Of a stretch of 31,920 bases of DNA, positions 1-9,500 are shown piece after piece; the first letter of the stretch is position 1, and every line of letters begins with the position of its first letter. The notes under the pieces are model-generated. The model searched no databases and had not been told where the DNA came from. It worked only from the letters and a program-made list of their open reading frames with translations. The stretch is from Candidatus Eiseniibacteriota bacterium (GTDB lineage Bacteria > Eisenbacteria > RBG-16-71-46 > DASYSL01), in NCBI GenBank assembly GCA_031431875.1, contig JANPEF010000093.1, forward strand, positions 1-31,920, given 5' to 3'. The translations under genes and the position numbers were made by a program.

Positions 1-635
1 GTGAACGTGTAGGCAACCTGCTCCGCGATCGTTGCGGCGACCGGCACGTTAACGAGCACGGGCGTGACGTTTGCTTCCGTGACCGTGAGCGTGATCGCAG
101 CGTCGGTCGTCGCGACGCCGTCGGTCACCCGAACGGTGAACGGGTACTCGCCCGGACCCTGGGCTTCGCTCGGCGTCCAGGTGAACTCTCCAGTGCCGGC
201 ATCGATGGCGGCACCAGCCGGTGCACCAAGGAGCAAGAACGTCAGTGACTGCACCGGCAGGTCGTCGTCGGTCGCCGTTGCTGTGAACGTGTAGGCAACC
301 TGCTCCGCGATCGTCGCCGCGACCGGCACGTTAACGAGCACGGGAGCGATATTCGCTTCGCTCACGGTCAATGTGATCGCGGCCGCGTCCGAGTCGATGC
401 CATCGCTCACGACGACGTTGAAGGTGTATTCGCCCGGGCCCTGCGCCTCGGTGGGCGTCCAGGTGAACGCGCCGGTTCCGGAGTCGATGGCCGCACCGGC
501 CGGCTCGCCAGTCAGCGCAAACGTGAGGGTCTGGACCGGTTCGTCCGGGTCAGTCGCCGTCGCGGTGAAGGAATAGGCGGCGAGCTCCGGGATCGTCGCC
601 GCAACCGGCACGTCGGCTAGTTCCGGGGCGATGTT
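1..635 (-). repeat. 282-bp (94-codon) intragenic tandem domain repeat, at least 2.2 copies visible
   Basis: 1-62 is nearly identical to 283-344 (offset 282); a more diverged copy starts near 565. Confidence 0.9.
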
Positions 636-773
636 TGCGCCCGCCTTCGCAGGCGAGGTCGCGGCCATGGTCAGGGAGACGAGCAGCGCCGTGACCGTAC
701 GGAGCCCGATCCCGAGCAAGCCGGATCCCGCGGAGGGACCGACTCGCACGCGTCGACCCGGATTCGAACTCAC
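1..773 (-). CDS. Secreted protein with tandem putative-Ig (He_PIG/cadherin-like) repeats; 5' part only, runs off the window start
   Basis: Absent from the ORF track because no stop lies in the window; translated manually. GTG at 773 (in-frame TGA just upstream; start uncertain). Signal-like segment LLGIGLRTVTALLVSLTMAATSPAKA, then ~94-aa repeats N.AP.L..VP..ATI.E..AY.FTATATD.D.P.Q.LTF.L.G.PAGAAID.GTG.FTWTP.EAQGPGEY.F.V.V.DG. Confidence 0.88.
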   Translation of the reverse strand, partial: MSSNPGRRVRVGPSAGSGLLGIGLRTVTALLVSLTMAATSPAKAGANIAPELADVPVAATIPELAAYSFTATATDPDEPVQTLTFALTGEPAGAAIDSGTGAFTWTPTEAQGPGEYTFNVVVSDGIDSDAAAITLTVSEANIAPVLVNVPVAATIAEQVAYTFTATATDDDLPVQSLTFLLLGAPAGAAIDAGTGEFTWTPSEAQGPGEYPFTVRVTDGVATTDAAITLTVTEANVTPVLVNVPVAATIAEQVAYTF

Positions 774-847
774 ATCGATCTCGTCGCTCAAGGTTCAGGC
801 CTGACGAAGAAAATTGGACGACTCGGATGCCGGGGGGACGGGATCGA

Positions 848-860
848 GACAATGATTGTC
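848..860. promoter_or_regulatory. Palindromic operator-like site GACAAT-G-ATTGTC (Fur-box-like)
   Basis: Perfect 6-1-6 inverted repeat in the divergent intergenic region; two symmetric mismatches to GATAATnATTATC. Confidence 0.35.
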
Positions 861-1077
861 GGGTGTGCCGGGCGGAGCTCGGCTGGCGTTGGCGAACCGA
901 TGGAACTCCAAAGTCCCGCGAATGATCGCATCGACGATTGTGAGGCATGCATGCAAAAGCGCAACAACGAATTGGCCGCTTCGGGGCGCCCGCCCCAGCC
1001 ACCTTCCGGAGGGTGCCCGAGACCGTCCGCCGATTCCCCGCGCAGGGGCAGGGACGGCCCGCTATCATGGCGGGACC

Positions 1078-2685
1078 ATGGCCCGCGAAACGACTGTCCC
1101 GACGACCGATCCCCACGCCACGTCGAGCGGCATCCCGATCGCCCCCGTCTACCGCCCGGCCGACGCCCCCGTCGACTACGCGCGCGATCTGGGCGACCCC
1201 GGGGCCCCCCCGTTCACGCGCGGCGTCTACCCGACCATGTACCGGGGCCGCGCCTGGACGATGCGCCAGTACGCCGGTTTCGGCTCGGCCCGCCAGACGA
1301 ACGAGCGCTTCCACGCGCTCCTCGCCGCGGGGCAGACCGGATTGTCGGTCGCCTTCGACCTGCCGACCCAGATGGGCTACGACTCGGACCATGCGCGCGC
1401 CGCCGGCGAGGTGGGCCGCGTCGGAGTCGCGATCTCGACGCTCGCGGACATGGAGGAGCTACTCGACGGGCTGCCGCTCGACCGCGTGTCGACCTCGATG
1501 ACGATCAACGCGACGGCACCGATCCTGCTGTGCCTCTACGTCGCCGTGGCGAAGAAGCGCGGGCTGCCGGTCGCACCGCTGGCGGGCACGATCCAGAACG
1601 ACCTGCTCAAGGAGTACATCGCCCGCGGCACGTACATCTATCCGCCGGGCCCCTCGCTGCGCCTCACCACAGACGTGTTCGCGTGGTGCGCGGCCGAGCT
1701 GCCGCAGTGGAACACGATCTCGATCTCCGGCTATCACATCCGCGAGGCGGGTGCGACGGCGGCGCAGGAACTGGCGTTCACGCTCGCCGACGGCGTCGCC
1801 TACGTAGAGGCTGCCGTCGCACGCGGCCTGCCCGTGGACACGTTCGCCCCGCGGCTCTCGTTCTTCTTCAACGCGCACAACCAGCTGTTCGAGGAAGTCG
1901 CGAAGTTCCGCGCCGCCCGGCGGATCTGGGCGCGCCTGATGCGCGAGCGCTTCGGGGCAAAGGATCCGCGCTCGTGGATGCTGCGCTTCCACACGCAGAC
2001 GGCGGGCTCGACGCTGACCGCGCAGCAGCCGCTCGTCAACGTCGTGCGCACCACGGTGCAGGGCCTCGCGGCCGTGCTGGGCGGCACGCAGTCGCTGCAC
2101 ACCAATTCATTCGACGAGGCGCTCGGCCTCCCGACCGCCGACGCCGCGCGCCTGGCGCTGCGCACGCAGCAGGTGCTGGCCGAGGAGAGCGGGGTCGCCG
2201 AGACCGCCGATCCGCTCGCGGGCTCATACTACGTCGAGGCGCTCACCCGCGAGGTCGAAGCCGCCGCGCTCGTCTATCTCGACAAGATCGACGCCATGGG
2301 CGGCATGCTCGTGGCCATCGAGCAGGGCTACCCGCAGCGCGAGATCCACGAGGCCGCCTACGCACACCAGCAGGCCGTCGAAGCGGGCACGGCCGGCGTT
2401 GTGGGCGTCAATCGCTTCGTCGAGGAGGAGCCGGCCGCGGCCAACGTGTTCGCGCCGGATCCCGGAGTCGAGCGCGACCGGGCGGAGCGCCTGGCACGCT
2501 GGCGTGGCGAACGCGATGCGACGGCCGCTGCCGGTGCGCTTGCCACGCTCGAAACCGCCGCACGGGGCGACGCCAACCTGATGCCGTGCATCCTCGCCTG
2601 CGTCGAGGCGCACGTGACGCTGGGCGAGATCAGCGACCGCCTCCGCGGCGTGTTCGGGCTGTACCAGCCGCCCGCACTGTTCTGA
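1078..2685 (+). CDS. Methylmalonyl-CoA mutase, large (substrate-binding) subunit of a split enzyme, 535 aa
   Basis: Motifs [89 protein letters not shown]. No C-terminal DxHxxG B12-binding domain. ATG 1078 preferred over the track start at 856. Confidence 0.93.
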   Translation: MARETTVPTTDPHATSSGIPIAPVYRPADAPVDYARDLGDPGAPPFTRGVYPTMYRGRAWTMRQYAGFGSARQTNERFHALLAAGQTGLSVAFDLPTQMGYDSDHARAAGEVGRVGVAISTLADMEELLDGLPLDRVSTSMTINATAPILLCLYVAVAKKRGLPVAPLAGTIQNDLLKEYIARGTYIYPPGPSLRLTTDVFAWCAAELPQWNTISISGYHIREAGATAAQELAFTLADGVAYVEAAVARGLPVDTFAPRLSFFFNAHNQLFEEVAKFRAARRIWARLMRERFGAKDPRSWMLRFHTQTAGSTLTAQQPLVNVVRTTVQGLAAVLGGTQSLHTNSFDEALGLPTADAARLALRTQQVLAEESGVAETADPLAGSYYVEALTREVEAAALVYLDKIDAMGGMLVAIEQGYPQREIHEAAYAHQQAVEAGTAGVVGVNRFVEEEPAAANVFAPDPGVERDRAERLARWRGERDATAAAGALATLETAARGDANLMPCILACVEAHVTLGEISDRLRGVFGLYQPPALF

Positions 2686-2692
2686 GGCGGAC

Positions 2693-3574
2693 ATGAGCCG
2701 CAGCTCTCTCCGTGGCGCGGTCCTGGCGACCCTGGTGGCACTGACGTGCACGGTCGGCTGCGCCCCGCTCAACTACACGAACCCCGTGCAGCCATACGAG
2801 GCGTCCTGCTGCGTGACGCCGCCGGCGGCCGCCGAGTCCCTGCTCGTGGTCAGCTACAACATCCGCTTCGCGCGCGAAGTGCTGCTCGCCATCGATATCC
2901 TCAAGGGGGCGCCCGCGCTGGCCGCGCCCGACGTCGTCCTGCTGCAGGAGATGGACGGCATCGGTGCGCGTCGCGTCGCGCGCGCACTGGGGATGAACCT
3001 GGTCTACTACCCCGCCGTTCGCCACCCGTCGAGCGATCGCGACTTCGGGAACGCCGTGCTCTCGCGTTGGCCCGTGCTGCGCCACAAGAAGCTGATCCTG
3101 CCGCATCGCGGACGCTTCGGGAAGACGCAGCGCATCGGCGTGCTGGCCGTTCTCTCGGTCGAGGGCCGCGAGGTCACGGTCGCCAGCGTGCACCTGGCGA
3201 CGCAAATCGAGGTCAGCCCCGACAACCGCCGGGCGCAGGTCGACGCGATCGCCGACTTCGCCGCGACGGCGAAGCCGGACCTGGTGCTCATCGGTGGCGA
3301 TCTCAATGACTCGGACCTGGCGGAACGATTCGTCGAGCGTGGCTACGCCTGCCCGACACGCGAACTCGGCTCGACCGAGGTCCATGGCTTCGACCTGGAC
3401 CACGTGTTCATCCGCCGCCGCACGGGGAGCGCCCTCGGCGACTCGCTCGCCGCGCGCGAGGACGCATGTTCCCCCGCGGGCGTGGTGCCCGGAGACGGCC
3501 TGGCAAGCGACCACTTTCCGATCTGGGCCCGCATCGCGCTCGCCGCGCCGGCAACCGTCGTGAGCTCCCGATGA
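2693..3574 (+). CDS. Endonuclease/exonuclease/phosphatase (EEP) family protein, probable lipoprotein
   Basis: EEP motifs SYNI, LQE, GNAVLS, SVHL, GGDLN, DHVF, SDH; signal ending TVG-C; GAGG RBS upstream. Confidence 0.88.
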   Translation: MSRSSLRGAVLATLVALTCTVGCAPLNYTNPVQPYEASCCVTPPAAAESLLVVSYNIRFAREVLLAIDILKGAPALAAPDVVLLQEMDGIGARRVARALGMNLVYYPAVRHPSSDRDFGNAVLSRWPVLRHKKLILPHRGRFGKTQRIGVLAVLSVEGREVTVASVHLATQIEVSPDNRRAQVDAIADFAATAKPDLVLIGGDLNDSDLAERFVERGYACPTRELGSTEVHGFDLDHVFIRRRTGSALGDSLAAREDACSPAGVVPGDGLASDHFPIWARIALAAPATVVSSR

Positions 3575-4146
3575 TGCGTGGGCGAGCCCCCGCGCTCGGC
3601 ACGCTGCTGCTCGCACTGGTCCTCGCCGGCTGCGGCAGCGGACCGCGCACCCTCCTGCACGGCTCGACCGGGCGCGCCTTCGCGCTGCCGGTTCCCGAGT
3701 CGAACATCCGGCGCTTCGCGTGGATCGACTCGGGCGCCGTGGCGCGCGGCGGCCAGCCCGACGACGACGGACTGCTCTGGCTGGCTGCACACGACTTCCG
3801 GACGGTGATCACGTTTCGTCAGCATCACGACGAGGAAGCGGCGGCGGCGCGGGCCGGCCTGCCGCTGGTCGAGATCCCGATCCAGTGCGACCTGTTCGGC
3901 TCGTCACCGCCGACCGATGCCCAGCTCGCGCAGTTCCTGTCGATCGTGCGGGACTCCACGCGGCAACCGGTGTACTTCCATTGCGCGAGAGGCGCCGATC
4001 GCACCGGCATGTTCGGGGCGATCTATCGCATCGAGGTCGATGGCTGGACGAATGCCGAAGCAATCGAGGAAATGCAGGCCTTCGGCTACAACGACATCTA
4101 CAAGGACCTGATCCACTACGTCCGGGACTACCGTCCGCGCGACTGA
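3571..4146 (+). CDS. Cys-based (CX5R) dual-specificity/tyrosine phosphatase family lipoprotein, 191 aa
   Basis: P-loop HCARGADRTG, RGGQP motif, lipobox LAG-C; ATGA overlap with the EEP gene stop. Confidence 0.88.
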   Translation: MMRGRAPALGTLLLALVLAGCGSGPRTLLHGSTGRAFALPVPESNIRRFAWIDSGAVARGGQPDDDGLLWLAAHDFRTVITFRQHHDEEAAAARAGLPLVEIPIQCDLFGSSPPTDAQLAQFLSIVRDSTRQPVYFHCARGADRTGMFGAIYRIEVDGWTNAEAIEEMQAFGYNDIYKDLIHYVRDYRPRD

Positions 4147-4400
4147 TCCCATGCCGTCGGATCGGCGGAGAGCTCGCGATCCGCCTCGTCGCACAACTTC
4201 TCGTACGCGGCGCGCTCGTCCGGGAGCGCGTCGAGGTGCAGCACCAGGTGTCCCGCCGCGTGCCGTGCGGCCGGGATGTCCCCGTGCTCGAGCGCGTGCC
4301 GGATCCTGGCGAGGCATTCTGCAATGCCGCGCAGCGCGGCGGTGCCGCCGGAAACGGGCCGTTCGGCGGCGGAATCGTGGGAATCGGCGGGCGGCGGCAT
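4128..4400 (-). CDS. Small hypothetical protein, 90 aa
   Basis: 3' part of track ORF 4128..5276 from ATG 4400; fills the gap between the phosphatase and the epimerase; mostly G/C third positions; helical amphipathic sequence. Confidence 0.45.
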   Translation of the reverse strand: MPPPADSHDSAAERPVSGGTAALRGIAECLARIRHALEHGDIPAARHAAGHLVLHLDALPDERAAYEKLCDEADRELSADPTAWDQSRGR

Positions 4401-4440
4401 CGTCGAGGCTCCGGGGTGACGGGGGCGAACCGGGGGCGGC

Positions 4441-4469
4441 TTCCCCGCCCGGCCCGGCTCACGTATCCT
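4441..4469 (+). promoter_or_regulatory. Putative sigma70 promoter, leaderless, for the epimerase
   Basis: TTCCCC-17 nt-TATCCT, then 6 nt to ATG 4476; no SD. Confidence 0.4.
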
Positions 4470-4475
4470 TGATGG

Positions 4476-4949
4476 ATGACCCAGCATAGCATTCCGCCGC
4501 CGAAGGCCGCCGCCCGCGCGCTTGCCCACGTTTCGATCGCCGTTCCCGACGCCGAGGCGACCGCCGCGCAGTACGCCAGCCTGTTTGGCGCGAACATCCG
4601 CTCGCGCGAGCGACTCGCCGATCGCGGGCTGCTCGTCGTGTTCCTCGATTGTGCCGGCGTCCCGATCGAGCTGATCCAGCCGCTTGATCCCGAGGACGCC
4701 ACGAACCCGGTGGCAAAGTTCCTCAAGACGCGCGGGCCCGGACTCCACCACCTGGCGTGGTTCGTCGACGATGCGGCTGCCGCACTGGCGCACGCGCAGT
4801 CGGCGGGCGCGCGCCTGGTCGATTCCGCGCCGCGCGCCGGCGCCGACGGCTGCCTCGTCGCGTTTCTCCACCCGGATTCGACCGCCGGCGTGCTCTCGGA
4901 ATTCGTCGAGGGCGGGCCGCATGCCCCGCCACCGGCCACGCCGGAATAG
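4476..4949 (+). CDS. mce: Methylmalonyl-CoA epimerase (VOC family)
   Basis: HVSIAV, IELIQP, VAKFLKTRGPGLHHLAW, FLHP..TAGVL.EFVE; mutase nearby. Confidence 0.87.
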   Translation: MTQHSIPPPKAAARALAHVSIAVPDAEATAAQYASLFGANIRSRERLADRGLLVVFLDCAGVPIELIQPLDPEDATNPVAKFLKTRGPGLHHLAWFVDDAAAALAHAQSAGARLVDSAPRAGADGCLVAFLHPDSTAGVLSEFVEGGPHAPPPATPE

Positions 4950-4962
4950 CGACCCCGTCGCC

Positions 4963-6549
4963 ATGCGCATGCTCCCGGCCTTCGCTCTCGCCGCCGCGTG
5001 CGTCGTCGTAGCTGCCGTCGCCATGCCGGCGCCGTCGAAGGCGGCGACGCCGGCGTACTTCTTCGACGGAACGGTGATCGGCGGAATCGACGCGCCGTCG
5101 AACTCGGAGTTCCTGCCGGACGGACGCATCTTCATCACGGGCCAGTACACGGCCCAGCTCACGCTGGTCGTGGGCGACGCGCCGGCGGTGGCGTATGTCG
5201 CCGGCACGATCCCCAACGTGCGCAGTGGCGGTGAGGCAGGGCTCGTGGGCGTCACCGTCGACCCGCAGTTCCCCACCCGGCCGTATGTCTATGTGCACGC
5301 GACGCACACGCCGCCCAACGAGATCCGCGTCACGCGCTACACGCTGACCGGTGACCTCGCGTGGGCCGGCAACGGTGCGATGACGATCGACCCCGCCTCG
5401 GCCCGTGTGATACTGGGCGGGCTACCCGACTTCGCGGCGAAGCACAACGGCGGCACGCTGCGTTTCGGCCCCGAGGGCATGCTCTACATCGGGCTCGGGG
5501 ACGACGACGATCCGTGCCGGGCGCAGGACCTGACGAAGCTGCAGGGCAAGATCCTGCGCGTCGACGTCGCGGGACTGCCCGCCGGGCCTGGCCCGGCACC
5601 GCGCTACGCCACGATCACGCCGGCGGGCAATCCGTTCGCCGCCCACCCCGACAGTGCCGCGCGCCTGGTGTGGGCGCTTGGACTGCGCAATCCGTTCAGC
5701 TTCACCATCGATCGAGTGACGGGCTGCCTCGTCATCGGCGACGTCGGCAACGAGGGTTGGGAGGAGATCGAGGTCGCCTGCAGCGGCGGCAAGAACTTTG
5801 GCTGGCCGCACTTCGAAGGGCCGACGCGCAGCGCTCTCACTTGCGCCGGTGCGGACACGACCGCGTTCGTCGCTGCCGCCTACGCATATCCGCACCCCGA
5901 GCCCGGCTACTCGGTGTTCGCGGGGCCCGTCTATCGTGCCCCGGCCGGCGTGGCCTACCCGTTCCCACTGGTGAACGAGGGCATGATCTTCATGGGCGAC
6001 ACGTGGCGCGGCTGGGTGCGCCGCCTCGCGCCGTCCGGACCCGACTGGGCGCTCGCGCCGCCCGAGTTTGGACAACCGAACGCTACAGACTGGGCCACCG
6101 GCATCCGCTACATCACGAGCATGCATGTCGGGCCGAAGGACGGCTGGCTCTACTACACGATGCTCTATCGCACGACGCCGACGTCGGGGCCGGGCGAGCT
6201 CCGGCGCTACGGCTACGTCGGACCCACGGCGGGAGTCGACGACCCGCCCGCCGGCGGGAGCGGCCTCGCCTTCACCGGTGCGCATCCCTCGCCTGCGCGC
6301 GGCGATCGACTGGTCGAACTCGCGTGGCGGCAGCCAGCGCCGGCGCCCGTCAGCCTGCGCCTGCATGACATGCGCGGCCGCTTCGTGCGCGCGCTCGTCT
6401 CGGCGGCCGACGGCGTGCGCGCCGCGGGTCCGCACCAGATGGCATGGGATGGTCGTGCAGCGGATGGCACGCGCGCGGTGCCGGGGGTCTACGTGGCAAC
6501 GCTCGAGTCGCAGGGCGAGAGGCGGAAGCTGCGGCTTGTCCGGCTTTGA
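4963..6549 (+). CDS. PQQ-dependent sugar (glucose/sorbosone) dehydrogenase family beta-propeller with C-terminal FlgD-Ig/T9SS-like domain, 528 aa
   Basis: Signal peptide; GEAGLVG, HNGGTLRFGPEGMLYIGLGD, GKILR, GNPF, GLRNP, DVG, NFGWP; C-terminal PSP...HDMRGRFVR...WDGR...PGVY. Confidence 0.85.
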   Translation: MRMLPAFALAAACVVVAAVAMPAPSKAATPAYFFDGTVIGGIDAPSNSEFLPDGRIFITGQYTAQLTLVVGDAPAVAYVAGTIPNVRSGGEAGLVGVTVDPQFPTRPYVYVHATHTPPNEIRVTRYTLTGDLAWAGNGAMTIDPASARVILGGLPDFAAKHNGGTLRFGPEGMLYIGLGDDDDPCRAQDLTKLQGKILRVDVAGLPAGPGPAPRYATITPAGNPFAAHPDSAARLVWALGLRNPFSFTIDRVTGCLVIGDVGNEGWEEIEVACSGGKNFGWPHFEGPTRSALTCAGADTTAFVAAAYAYPHPEPGYSVFAGPVYRAPAGVAYPFPLVNEGMIFMGDTWRGWVRRLAPSGPDWALAPPEFGQPNATDWATGIRYITSMHVGPKDGWLYYTMLYRTTPTSGPGELRRYGYVGPTAGVDDPPAGGSGLAFTGAHPSPARGDRLVELAWRQPAPAPVSLRLHDMRGRFVRALVSAADGVRAAGPHQMAWDGRAADGTRAVPGVYVATLESQGERRKLRLVRL

Positions 6550-6561
6550 TCCGGGGGGTTC

Positions 6562-9500
6562 CTAGGGCTTGACCTCGTCCGGCTCTCGGGCCGCGACCGC
6601 CTCGTCCGTCGCGGCGGCGGCGGCCTCACTGGGCGGGGCCTCGTCCTCCTGGACTTCGTCCTCGAGCTTCGTCGCCTCCGGCGTGGCCACGCCCTCGCCC
6701 TCGACCCGTGCCTCTTCCGGTCGCTCGGCGACCAGCTCCTTGAGCCGCCCGGCCAGCACTCGCACGAGGTCCTTCAGCAGCTGCGTGTCCCCGGTTGCGA
6801 AGTCGTAGAACTCCTCGCGACCCAGGGTGATCAGGAGCCCGTCCTCCAAGCTTTCGGCACGCTGCCCGCGCGCGGTGTCATCGACCAGGGCCCACGTCCC
6901 GAACGCCTCGCCGCTGCCAATCTCGGCGAGGGCCTGGTCGCCAGTCGACAGGCGCACACGTCCCTCCACGACCACGTAGAGCCCGTCGGCCGGATCGGCC
7001 TCCTGGTAGATGACCTGGCCCTTCCACATGGGGACTTCGCGCACGTACGCAGCGAGCGCGAGGAGCTGGCGTGGCCCCGCCTGCTTGAACAGGTCGATCC
7101 CACGCAAGTACAGCACTCTTTCGACTTCGTTCATCCTCGGCCTTTCGTCTTCGCCGCTCGCTGCGCGAACCGCGACGTCCGGCGCGAGCGCGGCGGCCCG
7201 CGCCGCCACCGCCTGGATCCACGGGTCCTCCGACTGCAGGGCCTTCTCAAGGAGCGGCCGCAACTCGATGTCCGCCGTCGGCTCTCCGGCCAGGGGCGCG
7301 GGCGCAACCTCAAGGATGCCACGCGCAATCTGAAACGAGCGTCCGGGCAGGAGCGAGCCCAGGTATTCGAGCGCACGCGCAGCCGACTCGCGGGACGATC
7401 CCGTGCGCAATCCCTCGTAGGCTCCCCGCAGGGGCGCCGGCCAATGATAGCAGGCCAGGGCGCGACAAGCCCGCGCCAGGGCACGATCGGCGGACTCGAA
7501 GTGCGACGCGCGCAGGAGCGCGACCGCGCCGTCGGCCGTCGCGGGGAGCGCGAGTGCGAGGTCGCTGTGGATCCGGTCATCGCGAATCTCGCGCAGGAAC
7601 ATCCGCAGCGCGTCCCGGCGCGAGACCTGCCGGCGCCCGCTCCGCTCGTGAATCCGGTTGAGGTTGCGCAGCCCGTGATAGCGCAGCACCGCGTCGCTGC
7701 TCCTCGCCAGGTCGAGCAGGAGGCGGCGCGCGTTCCGGCCGCCGATCCGGCTGAGCGCGGCGGCCGCGAGCGAGCGCACCTCGTCGTCCGGATGCTCGCG
7801 CGCCAGTTCCGCGAGCCGCGGCACGGCGCGCTCACCGAAGGCGACGACGGCATCCTGCGCCTCGAAGCGGAGGCCGCGATCGTCGAGATGCTCCAGGGCC
7901 ACGTCGAGGAACTCCGGCGCGGGTGTGCGCGCCAGCGCCTTCAGCGCGGCCCGGCGCACTTCCCGGTCGCGATGCGGCAGGAGCGCACGCAGGCGATCCT
8001 GCGCCGCGGGACCGGGTTGGTGAACGAGCCCGCGGCACGCATCGCGCAGGTCGTCCGGCGTGTCCGCGGCGATCTCGCGGTCGATCCAGTCGAGCGTGAT
8101 CGCGCCGTGCGCCAGCGCGGGCTTCGCCTCCATCAGGTCGAGCCCATGATCGCGGCGCGCCCGATCGTCGCCCTCGATCACCTCCCGCGCGAACGCGGGC
8201 GCATCGCGACCGTGCGTCAGCAGGGACTCGAGGGCGGCTCGTTGCAGCGGCTCGTACGGGTCGGCGAGGAACGACCGCATGCGCTCGTCCTCACCGGACA
8301 GCCCGAGGGCGATCGCTGCGCGGACGGCCTCGGTGCGGACCCGCGGCGACTCGTGGCCAAGCGCGCCGCGCACCGCCGGAGCGAGTGACGCCCGGCCCGC
8401 GCGGGCGGCGAAACGCAGCGCGATCGCGGCCCGACGCGGATCGTCCGATCCGATCGCATCGGCCAGCGCCTCGATCGCGCCCGGGACACGCAGCGACTCG
8501 AGTGCGCTGTCGGGCTCCGCCCACGGCGCGGCCAACGACTCGCGAAAGGCGCGCACGTAGCGGCGATGGAGCTGATAGAGCATGGCGATCCACACCAGGG
8601 CGGCCACGACGGTCAGGGCCGCGACGACGCGCACGCTGGCCCCGAGCAGGGAAAAGGTGACGAGCAGCAGCGCACCCGCCACGGCATCGGCCCCGCGCTC
8701 GACCACCACGTCGAGCGTGGGCTTGACCTGGCGCCTCTCCGGCGGCCGGATGGCCATGAAGTAGATCTCGGACGACGACTTCCCGAGCGTCTGGTAGACG
8801 ATGCCCTGGACCCATCGCATCGCCTGTGCCACCGGCCACAGCGGCGCGACGAAGAGTCCGACCCCGAACAGGAGCATCGACGCAGGCTGGAGGCCGCTCG
8901 CGGCGCCGATGCCGAGACGCCGCAGGAGCCAGCCGGCGACGCCGAACTGCACGATCAGCGCGAGGACGTTGAGCCCGGCGTAGAAGCCGCCGAGAAATCG
9001 GGCGAGGCCCACGGCGTCCGGGTACGCTTGCTGTGCGAGCGCCTTGAACTGGAAGTCGACGAGCGTCGAGACGACGACGGCGAGCCCGAGCGCGCCCGCG
9101 AGGTAGCGCAGGAACGTCGAATCGCGGAAGGCCGACCACTGCGAAGTTCCGGCCGCGACCTGGGTGAGCAGCGGCCGCTGGGGCAGGCGCGCCTTGAGCA
9201 CGAGCGTCAACAGGCGGAAGGCGAGCAGCAGCCCGCACAGGACCCAGAGGAGAAACGTCTCGCCGCGCCGGCCGGCGAAGATGCCGGCGAATGTGCCGCC
9301 GGCGACACCGCCCAGCAGTCCGCACCCGGTCAGCAGCGGAAAGATCCGGCGTGCGCGCTGGCTGTCCCAGGCGTCGAGCGCGGTGATCCAGAAGTGCGAG
9401 ACGAGCAGCAGCGTCTGGCTACCGGTCCAGATGTAGAACGCCGCGGGCAGCCACGGAGGGTGGCTCGGTGCCAGCAGCGCCGCGGCGGCGCTCAGCGCGA

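Noticed and set aside
64..576. Two short plus-strand ORFs with similar sequences
   Set aside because: Antisense shadows of the Ig-repeat gene
755..775. tRNA T-loop-like GTTCGAATCC on the minus strand
   Set aside because: Flanks do not form a T-stem or cloverleaf, and it lies in the first codons of the adhesin gene
790..1077. Cobalamin riboswitch upstream of the mutase
   Set aside because: No recognisable B12-box or conserved core, and the likely -10 lies immediately before the start codon
852..2696. 614-aa Arg-rich ORF overlapping the mutase, and similar alternative-frame ORFs throughout
   Set aside because: Arg/Pro/Gly-rich off-frame translations; another frame carries the clear family motifs
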